Assembly (NCBI GenBank): GCA_951406725.2
Contig: OX597831.1
Location: forward strand, 7,874,001-7,938,000
Direction: 5' to 3'
Origin: Octopus vulgaris
Lineage: Eukaryota
DNA: 64,000 nucleotides
The position numbers were made by a program, and so were the translations under genes. Shown here one piece after another: positions 24,796 to 38,206 of this stretch (its first letter is position 1; the number at the start of each line of letters is the position of its first letter). The notes below the pieces were generated by a model that did not search any database, was not told the origin of the DNA, and saw nothing but the letters and a program-made list of their open reading frames with translations.

Positions 24796-27700
24796 ATACA
24801 GGTGAAAGGAATGGATAATCTGGATTATTCACGTGTTTCAGTAGCAAAACGGTAATTATTGTTATTTCCACATTGCCTCACACAACTTGGCATGCAATAA
24901 CATGGAAGATTCTAGAAGATTGTTCGAAAATGTGTTTACATAACAATGCCACTTCATCAGGTCATACTTCTTTAGGGGTTTATTAGGCAATAAACATTAT
25001 AATGGGATTATAATTACATGAAGTTTTCACGTGAAGAGTAATTAAATATACAATTTTATTCGTTTAGGGTTGATGGGGTCTATATAGAATCAGAATGATT
25101 AACTTAGCTAAACAGATTCATTATGCTGAAAAGAAAGGACAAAATCAAAATAGGAGGAGGGTACATTAAGCCAGTGACCAATCAAATTCGTTAATTATGC
25201 AAACTAGACAGATTTATCAGCCTCCCCTGGCTTCCGTGCCAGTGGCACATAAAAGGCACCAACCGATCGTGGCCGTTGCCAGCCTCGCCTGGCACATAAA
25301 AAGCACCCACTACACTCATGGGGTGGTTGGTGTTAGGAAGGGCATCCAACTGTAGAAACACTGCCAGATCAGATTGGCACCTGGTGCAGCCTCCTGGCTT
25401 CCCAGACCCCGGTTGAACTGTCCAACCCATGCTAGCATGGAAAACAGACGTTAAACGATGATGATGATGTCTGCCAATGAAGATTGGTTTTAATCCAGCC
25501 TCTTTTATTCAAAGTGAATGAAGGAGAGAAGGATATAAGTAAATGATAAAAGATATCAGCTCATATTTTTGTTCCTTGCTGTGGAAATCTTTGTGTTGCC
25601 CTTTTTAGAGTCCTATTAGGGCCTCTGGTTTTTGCAGGAAGGAAACTTCTTCATGTGCAAAAACAGCCCCTTGGAAACGCTTGACAAGTCGAAGCTTGCA
25701 TCAGCAAATTGGTTAAACAAATTAATGAAGGTTAGTGTTGCAATAATTAGGTCTGAACTTCCAGAAAATAATTATTTATAAAATAATTATTTATAAAAAT
25801 AAGTTTAAAATGAAAACAGAAACAATTGTTCCCTTCCCCCCTCTCTCTTACCTCTCTCTCTCTCTTTCTCTCTCTCCTACTCTCCACCCCCTACAAGAAC
25901 CAAACCATCCCGAATGTATTGAAGTTTCAGATTATTGTCTTAATTAACTAGTTAACATTTCATTTCTCTGCTAAACCGAGACACGATGGCTTAGAGAAAC
26001 CTATTCAGAGAAACCAAAACCAGCTAAAGATTATGCTGCAGATTATTAGAGAGATGATTTAGTTCAGATATCAGTGATTAGTAATTAATGTTTTGTTTTT
26101 GTTTTTTGCCTCTCTCTATAATTAAAAACTTCACATACGTTTTTTTTTTTTGTTCTTTTTATATCTTCACATTTTAGCTTGGCCTCCTCTTATATATGAT
26201 GCGTCTGAGACATGGCTGAGGGGCAGTCTTTATCATTAGCCATTAAAGAAATTTAAAAAAAAAGGGATTATAAGAGAAACCGTGGGTGGTTGCAGTGATG
26301 TTAATGTCAGCACGATAATGGATGGGAATGGCATAGCATCCTCAGCGAATGTTCATGATGTTTGGTGCCATTCTTTTCTACTCTAGGCACAAGGCCCAAA
26401 ACTTTCGTGAGAGGGGGCCAGTCGATGAGATCAACCCCAGTACGCAACAGAAACGTTCTTGGAGGTTTCTAAAGACAGAAATTCAAATGTCCCATCGTGA
26501 AACATTTGTGGTTGATTAAATGAAGTGATGTGGTCAATTGGTTGAGGTGTTTGGCTGATGATCCCAGGATCATAGATCTGATTCCTACATCAGGTAACAT
26601 GTTGTCTCCTTCATTTCATGTTGCACCATCTTCTCTGTTGAGAGGGAATCCCAACCTAGCACCCGAGCAGCTGTCAGGTCCTCAAATAATCTCCCGAATC
26701 AAGGGGTCAGATGGGTGAGAAAGGGCCTCTGCCTGCTTCTGAATACAGAGAGACTTAAACCAATTAACAAATCCATGCCACATGCTACCAGATCATCATA
26801 TTCATCGATGAGTAACACCTAGATTTTTAAATTTTTTTGTGGGTTTTTTTTTTACTGTAGATGGTTTAAAGTAATTATTCAGTTGGCTGTGATTGTTAAG
26901 GCTTAAAGTATGTTTTCCCAAAACTTATGACCTTAAGAATTTTATTAAGGGAAACTCAAGTTGCTGCCATAATAGAACAGAATTCCCAGTGTGTGTGTGT
27001 GTTTGTACTACTACTACTACTACTTCGGTCCTTAGTTCTGATCTTGTGTGTGTATATACTAACCACCACCACCACCACCACCACTACTACTACTGTTGCT
27101 GCTGCTGCTTGTTTGTTTGTTTGTTTGTTGAGCATTTGGGAGAAGTCCGAAACGTGGTCCTTTGCTATTCGTAAGACCCGCAGAAGAGAAAGCAGGTTAA
27201 CCCCCGACACTGAGAGCATCGACGGATGGATGAATGCGCATCCAGGCTCAGCGGTTGCGTAGGAAGTCGGGGAGGACAAGAAACAGGAAGAAAGAGTCAG
27301 AGAAAGTTGGAGCAAAAGAGTACAACAGGGGCTGCCACCACCCTCTGCCGGACCTCATGGAGCTTTAGGTGTTTTCGCTCAATAAACACACACAACGCCT
27401 GGTCTGGGAATCGAAACTGCGATCCTCCGACCGTGAGTCCACTGCCCTAACCATTGGGTGCTGCTGCTGCTACCCATCCAAGCACCCCAATTTGTGACAC
27501 TATGAGGTTACAAAGCTTCATATGCAAATGTAGCATCATCATCATCATCATCATCATTTTGAAATGTCCATTTTTTTCGTGTTTGTCTGGTTCAGATGGA
27601 ATTTGTTGAGAAAGATTTTCTTTGGCCGGATACCCTTCCTGCCACCAACCTTCATTTGTTGCCAAGCGGGGTTAATTCTGCACCACGGAAGACAGGAAAC

Positions 27701-27841
27701 AAACAACATTTCTTTTATGCTCATTTACAAACATCATGTGATGTCAAGACAAGGGCACACACACACACACACACACACACTTCTACATATTCAATGAATT
27801 TCTTTCAGTTTCTGTTTCCTTAATCCATTCATCTATTTATC

Positions 27842-27888
<47 letters not shown>

Positions 27889-28662
27889 ACCTCGTGAGCA
27901 CCGCCAGCAATTTTTTTTCCTCTGTCTTCCCTTCTCGGGATCTTTCCTTCTCCTTTGTTTCCGACGAAGAGCTCCGCTCGAAACGTTAAACCCTCCTTCT
28001 TCCCTTCTTTCCTGAGCGTCCAATAATACTTTATTTGTTCCACGTCCTCGCGTTGCTGTGTTTTTTTGTGTTTTCTTGTTTGGATTAACTTTATATATAT
28101 ATATTCATACGTGTGTGTGTGTGTGTATGTGTAACAATGATTCAATCACAGATACCAGTGATTAACTTTGACAAATCAGTAAACTAAATCAAGTGTAATC
28201 TTCATTGTCAGGAAAAGTTTCATTGCAATCATCCATGTTTTGTATTGAAAGTGTGTAATCCAGAAATTATTTGTAGCTTCGTTTTTTTTTCTTCTCTAAT
28301 TTCCTTCTCTTTTCTCTGGTAAAGTCTCACTGAAATAGGGTCGTAGTCATGGTTCAAATGTCAGCCACAGAGAATAAAAATAGACGACTTAAATTCAGTC
28401 GCTAAGTAGTTTTAGATTGTCTCTGTCGGCAAAGAGGATTAGGGTAAAAAGATTACAAATATTTAGGAATAACAACATTTTCTGTTTGGTTCCTGTAAAT
28501 ATTCTTGGAAATCTGCAACGTACACTCTCTTTTACCAACACAGGATGATGAAAACAGAGAGAGAGAGAGAGAGGAACGAAAGAAAAAAAGCAAAAAAAAA
28601 GAAAGAAAACCATTCTCATTACTTCTTTGTTTTATATATTTGTATGTATATGAATGTGTGAA

Positions 28663-28714
<52 letters not shown>

Positions 28715-29545
28715 CATACATACATGACTTGCAATTTTCTTTTCTAGCCTAAATGAGATTTCTTGTGACTTGTCTGCAAACGATTAAATTTAATATCAAC
28801 TTGAAAACCAACGAAGCATAGATTCGGACAAATATGTATTTGTGGTGTTTTATTCTTTTTTACTTTTATTGGTTTCAACCCTAAGGCTGTGGCCATGCTG
28901 GGGCACCACCATTAGCATTAATGCTTGTTCATTTTAGACTCATTTCCTGGCTTTGTCTCTGGAATCACTCCTGGTGAAATAGTGAGATGGACAAAGCCAC
29001 CTTTCATCTGGTATACCCAAATAAAAATTTGTTTAGTTGTTCATTGAAGAGATCCACACCTATTCCTTGTAGATCCCTAGGGCCTTTTTGGCAAGGTATT
29101 GAAAAATTGTGGGTGTTTGAACCCTAAGGTGTTTCAAAATTGTAAATTAATGAACAATCACTGTTATTGTTTCTTTCCCTATATTAAGAGCTGATATTCC
29201 AAAGATTGTGATGGAAGCCCCTAAAGAAGAAGTCACTGAAGCAGAGGCTTCTCAGGCTGAAGCACCCGAAGTGCCTGAAGTGGATAAAATAGAATCTGAG
29301 GTTGGAGCAGATGCAGAAAAGAAACCTGAAGCCGGAGTCGCAGACAGTGAAGCTCCCAAAAAATATACTCTGAATCAATTGATACCAATTGGTGCCATTT
29401 TAAAGGTGGGTGTATATATGAATTTGTGATCTTTGTGTGTGTGTGTTTATATACACAGACATACCTGCATGCATACATACATACATACATAAATACATAC
29501 ATACATACATACATACATACATACATACATACGTACGTACGTACG

Positions 29546-29576
<31 letters not shown>

Positions 29577-30458
29577 GTATGTACGTACATACATACATAC
29601 ATGATTACACACACACACACACACACATGCATACATATATTAAAATTTACAAAACAAAAAGATGCAATGAACAGGTTTTACTCGCAAATCACAACAATTG
29701 TTTCTGAGCAATGTTGCTGAGTTTTCTGTATTATTCTATTATGTAAATATTATGTAAATGAATATGGTCCAGCAGCAGCTGTGTACCTGCACATCATCAG
29801 GTGAGTAATCCTGCTGTATGATGGCATATGATAGCCAATAACTGTATAGGAACTTTGAAATGCACACTGTGAGGTTATTACCCAGATGATATTAAATATG
29901 TACATATATATATTTAAATAGAGAAAGGAAGCTAGTATGCTTCACTGGATGTCCAATGTCAGTGTGTATGTACAACAGAAGATAAATGTGTTGAGAGAAG
30001 ATCTGGGCATAAGAGGCATCAGCTGTGTGAGAGACAAATATGCTGGTATGGTCATGTGATGCATATGGATGAGGACAGCTGTATAAAGAAGTGTTGATCT
30101 CTAAGTACAGAGGGAACCTGTGGAAGAGGTAGGCTCAGAAAGACATGGGACAAGGTGGTGAAGCATGATCTTCGACGAATGTTGGGCCTCACGGAGGTGA
30201 GGACAATTGACCAAGACCTTTGGTGATATACTGTGCTTGAGAAGACTCATCAAGCCAAGTGAAACCATAGTTCTGGCCATTGCCAGTGTCCTGTAAATGG
30301 CACCTGTGCCGGTGATACATGGCATTAGGAAGGGCATCTAGTTGTACAAACCATGCCAAATCAGACTGGAACTTGGTGCAGTTCTCCAGCTTATCAGTTC
30401 CTGTCAAACCATCTAACCCTTACCAGCATGGAAGGTGGACGTTAAATGATGATGATGA

Positions 30459-30490
<32 letters not shown>

Positions 30491-30630
30491 CGGAGTAAAC
30501 ACATAAATGTGAAACAAGGTGGAAAAAAAGAGTACTCAAATACCAGTGGTAGAGTAATATGCTTTATTTAAAGCAGCAGAAAATTCAACAAAACCTAGGT
30601 TCTGTTGAATTTTCTGCTGCTTTAAATAAA

Positions 30631-30676
<46 letters not shown>

Positions 30677-30900
30677 TTAAATACATGTGTGCACACAAAC
30701 ATACAGACACATATGGGAATAAAAAAATACACATGCCTAATGAGGAATATGATGAAGTAAGGGGGAGACTGACAAGTAAATCAAATGGTTGAAAAAAGCA
30801 TAAGTATATGAAATGAAACAATAACAATTTAGGGTCTGTCTGTCTTATCTTCAACATCCTTATGAAATTGTCCATGCATTCTTTTGTCATCATCATCATC

Positions 30901-30932
<32 letters not shown>

Positions 30933-31176
30933 ATCATCATCATCATCATCGTCATCATTATCATTGTTACATCCGAAATGCAACAAGCTAGCAGAACCAT
31001 TAGCATGCCAGTGACATTTCTTCTGGTTTTGTGTCCTGAGTTCAAGTTCTACTATGGGGAGTTCTGCCTTTCACTCTTTTTGGGCCATTGAAATTAATAC
31101 CAGATGAGCCCCTCAGGTTGATGTCAACATCTAACCCTCTCTCTAGCCCCCCTCTCTCTTTATTTCTTTTCCTATT

Positions 31177-31241
<65 letters not shown>

Positions 31242-33799
31242 AGCTAGCTATCTCTCAGAATTTCAGGTCTTCTGACTATAGTAGAAAGAATCATTATTCT
31301 ACACCAAATAACCAGAATTACTCTTCAGTTTGTCACAGCTAATCTCAACAGAAGTGCTTAAACACCACACCAAACCATTCCTGTTTAGCAAGCACCAGAG
31401 TCAGTTCTATGAAGCACCAGTCTTTTTATACAAATTCAAGTCTAAATTCTCATTTCTTCATCTCGTTTTTGTCCAACTTCAGGCAATTGCTGTGTTTTGT
31501 TAATGATATTATTCATTAAAATTTTCTAAAGATGCCTACAGGAACACAAATAACTTGGATTTACCATCTTAAGATTAAATGAAGCCACGGAAATATCGAA
31601 GAGCGTCCAGGAAATAATTTAGCAGTAATGTGTTAATTTGATTAGCATTTATTGATAGTTATTAATATTCTAATCTAAAGGATATGTGATATATTCTTTA
31701 GATATAAAAGAAGTGAATGCAGGATTACACCTCTAAAAGAATGTGTTTGCATGTAATATAATATAATATGATATAATATAATATACTATAATGTGATATA
31801 ATATGATATGATATAATATTTATGTCATTCTGTCTATCAATCGGTATATATCTATCTAATTGTCTATGTGCTCATTGATGCGTATATAATATATATATAA
31901 TACAATATAATGTAACACAGCATTATATCTGTTTATTTGTCAATGTCTGTGTATATCGACGCTTATATAATCTTTAGTATATGTGTGAGCATGTCTGTGT
32001 GTGTGTGTGTCTGTGTAGCTAATAATTCATACAGGTATTACTCAGAGTTTCGTTGGAACATGAGCACAGCCCCAGTTGAAGAAATGTCTGTAATCAATGA
32101 AGTCTTGGTTGCATTCAGCTTGAATCAAGGTTTCTTAATGGTTGCTGGTATTTCAAGTTTCCGTTTGATGTAGGCGTAGGAGTGGCCGTGTGGTAAGTAG
32201 CTTGCTTACCAACCACATGGTTCCGGGTTCAGTCCCACTGCGTGGCAACATGGGCAGGTATCTTCTTATATAGCCTCGAGCCAACCAAAGTCTTGTGAGT
32301 GGATTTGGTAGACGGAAACTGAAAGAAGCCCGTCGTGTATATGTATATATATGTATGTTTGTGTGTCTGTGTTTGTCTCCCCCAACATCGCTTGATAAAC
32401 TGATGGTGGTGTGTTTACGTCCACGTAACTTAGCGGTTCGGCAAAAGAGACCGATAGAATAAGTACTAAGCTTACAAAGAATAAGTCCTGGGGTCGATTT
32501 CCTCGACTAAAGGTGGTGCTCCAGCATGGCCGCAGTCAAATGACTGAAACAAGTATAAGAGTAAAAAGAGTAAGAGATAATGTTATTAAAATCACGAAGG
32601 TCTGCTGCATAAGTCACTGTTAGATGATGTTAGAGTGTGAAGATGCAAAGGAAGCAACTTCCATCAGTGTTCTGACCCCATCTTAAAAACTGTGAGCAAC
32701 TACAGGGCACTCTTTATGCAGTCCCTTGGTATGCATACTCTGGCAGACAAAACAAAGAACATATATATAAACAAGGAGTTTGGTTTAAATATATCCCTAC
32801 TAATCTAACAATAGCTAATTTCCTACTCCACTTTATGTTTTAAAAAAGATAAATATAATTCCTATATGAAACCAAATGAGGAAACAGATCTGTAAGAATT
32901 CTCATCACCCAACGCACAGCTATAACTAGGAACCTTTTAGCAAGCATAAGTAGGTAGTTGGGTGTCTTATTTATCTTCTGATAGGGAAATTTCTAATAGG
33001 ATAAGTACCCCAGTCTAAATGAAGCTCTAGTTGAAGTGATGTCTATGAAAAGTTAGACTATATGGATAATCTCCTAAATTCTTGGAACCTGATGAGATCT
33101 AAGAAGTGGAGATTAATCTGGTTTAATCCATCTGCTAATCTACACCTCACTATAAATATTGCTAGGAATTTTCTCTCTCTTAGAAGGTATCACTTTCCAA
33201 CTACACATAAAAACCACAAACTTTGCAGGTCCACTATGCCAGCATAGTGAAACTAACACACACACATGTACATGCACCCATGTGCACACACACATACACA
33301 CAAGTGTGTGTGCATCATCTGTCATAAATTTGACAGTCTTTTTTTTTATAGGGAAAATAAAAAAGAACAGTTATGATAAATAGACCTCTGTTATATGAAC
33401 ATATATCTGTCTGTCAGTAGCTTTTTAGCTTTTATTTCTAGCTATGTAGGTGTCCTAACATTCCAGTCATATCTAGTCACATCTATAGCAAAAACATATG
33501 CATGAATAGAGAAGCAAGTCCAGAAAAAGCTGAATGAAGCGGTTCCTACTAATGAAGCTACGGAATTAGCCGAAACTGACCGATCAGTATAAGGAATTCT
33601 TGACCGGTGCTTTCAGAAGATTACGGTCCCTGTCACTACATATGTATACAATTACGCACTTTAACAACAGCATTAGGTCTTCTTAGCTCTTATTTCTAGC
33701 AGTGTAGGTGTTCTCACATCCTAGTCATATTTAGTAACAGTTATAGTTTTCCTTTTTGGTAAAACATTGCACACTACTGTCCATATTAAATTTTATATG

Positions 33800-33869
<70 letters not shown>

Positions 33870-33929
33870 TACATATATATATGTATGTATGTATGTATAT
33901 ATGATTAATATGAAGCATTTATTATTATC

Positions 33930-33961
<32 letters not shown>

Positions 33962-33962
33962 C

Positions 33963-34020
<58 letters not shown>

Positions 34021-37000
34021 GTCTTTGTTGTTCTATTCCCCCTGCTCCCTCCATCGTCACCTTTTGTACCGAGAACTCTTTATGCTTATGGAGATTAATG
34101 ATTCACAACATCAGATGCAACAGCTTACATAATGTAATTTATACACTCTTGTAGGATTCTATATTTTTCATTTCAAAGACTGTCATTGGACAGATAATGA
34201 CAAGTTATAGCTTAATTAAATATCAAAATGTCTGAGATGAATTATTGTTAATACAATTATAATTTTTCAAATGATTAACCTCATCTCAAGAGATGAATTG
34301 TGTTTTAATATTTCTGTCTGCATAGTGTTTCCATTGACATCCGCTGTTTTATTCCTGGCCATCTACAAAGGACCAGATGCAATGTGAACTTGGAACTTGG
34401 AACTTTAAACTAAGCCTAACAATGTTCTTATCCACTTGACCAAAGTTACCAAACTTATGTTTTTTCAGAACCTTTTTCAGATTTTTCAGAAAATTCATGG
34501 AACCGATACATGTTACAAACAATCCCCCACCCCCTAAGTTTGATAAAAATAATTAAATGAAATTAAAAATTATATTTGGAAGAGGGTTTATTGCCATGAA
34601 AAATATATTTTGCCATTTACTTGTTTCAGTTGTTGGACTGTGCCCATGCTGGGGCACTGCTTTGGAGGGTTTTAGTCAAAGAACTCAATCCCAGAACTTA
34701 ATTTTAAGTCTGGTATAGTTTTCTACAACTGGATTCCCCTTCTTAACACCAACCACTCCTAGAGTGTAGTGGGTGCATTTTACATGCCATAGGCGCAAGT
34801 GCCAGTTATGAAACACTGGCATTGGCCATGGCTGCAATCTCACTTGGCTTGACCAATCAAGAGTTCAGTAAATCTCTCTATAAATGGTAAAGACTCTCTA
34901 CAGTAATGAATGACCATGGGGCTGCCCCTAGAAAGTTCCCCTCCAAGGCACAAGTTATAGAATACCAACAGCCCTCCCTCTCCACGCCACTGATGTTGTC
35001 CAAGGGAAAGGCAAAAGGGCCAATTGAGATGTCACAACTCATTTCCATAGCTGAGTGAACTGAAACAACGTGAAATAAGGTGTCTTGCTCAAGAACACAA
35101 CACTCAGCCTGGTCTAGGAATTGAACTCACTATATCATGATTCTGGGCCCAACACTCTAACCACTGAGCTATGCACCTATATCATTAATTAACAAAGAAG
35201 ATACAAAATGACTCAATTGCTAATTGGTGAGGCTGATGTAATTCCCTGATAATACATTCTGCTAACAAAACTCTGTAAAAATGCGGCAATCTCCAAAACT
35301 GACTTAGCTCCAGTGAAAGTAACCATTGAATAGAGATCGATAAAATAAGGAGCAGACTGTTGTGTGGCTGGCATAATCCAATAAGACCTTTGAAAACAGT
35401 GCTCCAGCATGGCAGCTGGACAATAACTGGAACCAGTAAAAGACAAAATGTTGGCTCAAAATTGTTTAGAAACATGTCTCTATGTATGTGTATATATGTA
35501 TGTGTATGTGTATGTGTGTATAAATATATATCTCCCCCACACACACACATTATAGATAGATAGATACATGTATGCACACACAGTAATATATTTTTATTAT
35601 TTTTCTACACATGTACACACTAGTACACACACACACAAGCACACACACATAAGCACACACACACACAAGCACAAACACACACACACACATAAGCACACTC
35701 ATGCATCAATAAAGACCATTTTAATGTTCATTTTTCCATGCTTCATGGGCTGGACAGGATTTACTGAAGCAGATTTTCTATGGCCAGATGCTTTCCTTTT
35801 TTGCCAACCAGTTTCCAATACAATGCCTCCCCATGGCCAGGCCTTGTTGCAGAATATTTGAGATGAATGACAAAGCTTGCTATGGCAATGGCAATCTTTT
35901 TACATGTATCACACGAGGAGGTCAAAACGGGGAAACACTCAGGCTTCTTTCAGTTTCTGTCTACTAAATCCATTCACAAGGCTATAATAGAAAACACTTT
36001 CCCAACATTCCACACGGTGGGACTGAACCCAGAACCATGTAGTTTGCATGTGTGTGTGTGTGTGTTTAAATCCAAATTGATTAAAATATTGAATGAGGCA
36101 TGCAGTGGTAAATGACTCTGATCTTTATATTATGCCACACATACCTACATCCTTGCATATACATACATGTATTTTATACTATTATGTGTGTATGTGTATA
36201 TACACATATAATATCAGAATATTAGTATATTTTCTAATTATATACCATTTATCTTACAATTAGTATCTTCAAATAACTTTATATGTTGTTTGATTTTTAA
36301 AAAAATTTACGAACACATTAAGTTTATCTCAACATTTTTACTGTTTGTATATTAAACATTAAGTTTATATATATCTACTTTTGGAGTTGAACAGAAAATT
36401 TTATTCACCAATTATACTTGGAATTTAGACATGAAAATGAAGAAAACTGCCTGTGATAACAACAAATTATAACTTTCTCTTTTCCTATCAAAATGTAAAA
36501 TCATTCTTACTTTGTAACTTATTTTTAGACTTTATTTATTAATAAGTTTATAATTTCTTTCTTGCGTCTCGTGTTTCATTTTGTTCTTTGCAAGATAAAT
36601 CGGAACGTATTTTTTTATTATCATTTGTGTATGTCTTACTATCTTAATTTTGTTTGTTTGGTTTTTTAAATGTCTAAATGTGACTTACATACAAAATATT
36701 TATACAACAGAAACCTGTGCTGGCGCCACGACAAAAGCACTCATGCTAATGCTGTATAAAAAGCGCCAAGTACACTTTGTAAGGTGGTTGGCGTCAGGAA
36801 GGGCATCAAGCGATAGAAACCATACCAAAACAGACAATCGGAGTCTGGTGCAATTCTCTGGCTTGCGAACTCCTGTCAAAGTGTTCAACCCATGCCAGCA
36901 TGGAAAACGGATGTGAAATGACGATGAGGATGCCACTGCCAACGCAGTGTTATGGTTAATAACAATGTTGCATAACGAGATTGGTTGCATGGTGACAGAG

Positions 37001-38119
37001 CTCTTATATACTTAATGTAATTTAACCAAAAGATTTTTTAGTCAATTAAAATTCTACCTGTAATGAAGAGAAATGTCATTAGCATTAACCCTTTCATTAG
37101 CATATATCTGTTGAGAAACAGTACTGTTGTTTTAATTAATTTTGTAAATAATGGAAAATTTAGTCAAATAAATGCCATCCTAAGCTGCCGTTTGGAACAA
37201 AAATTAGCATGGAATCTTGATGAAACATTTTAATTAAGATCAATTTAAAAGGGGAAGTTTGTATCACAGAGCCAGGGGGGAAGTGTTAGATAGTTAGGTA
37301 TCAAAAAGGTTCTAATGAAAATTCTTTGTGAAAAAGACATGGCTAGGTGTCAGCATGTCTGTGAGGGTAAGAAGTTTGCTTCACAGCAATATGGCTTTGA
37401 GATCAATCCCACTGGGTGGCACCTTGGGTAAGTGTCTTGGAACTGACCAATGCCTTATGAGTGAATTTAGGAGATGGAAACTGAATGAAGCCGGTCATGT
37501 ATTTATGTCCCCTACCACTGCTTTGCAACTGCTTTTAATGTGTTTACATCCCTATAACTTAGTAGATTGTCAAAAGAGATCAATAGAATAAGTAACAGGC
37601 TTTAAAAAAAAGCCTGGGGGTTGATTCATTCAACTAATAATTTCTCACTACCCTGAGATACATTTGCGATGCATGAGTAAACTCAGGATAATCCATTAAG
37701 GGATTAAAAATCCTAATAGCTCCATTTATATATTCATAATGTCTCTCACCGGCTCCCTTTGTCTTTGCATAACTTTGTCCATCACATCCTGTACATTTTA
37801 CTTTATAAAGAACCCAAGTGAATGTTTTGTATTTATCTTTTCAAACCCTTGTGGCTAATAAAGAAAAGATGATCATCATAATCATTGCCATCATCATCAT
37901 CATCATCATCATCGTCATCATCATCTTCATTGTCATCATCAGTACTATTTTAAATCTATATATCAAATCCTTCATATAAATGCTCTAAATTTTGTTCTGA
38001 AGTGGTCTTAACTAATTCTTTTATACTTTGAATAAAAATGTTTAAATCACTTACTCTTATATATACTATATATATAAATAAATATATATACATATATACA
38101 TGCAATATATATATACATG

Positions 38120-38206
<87 letters not shown>

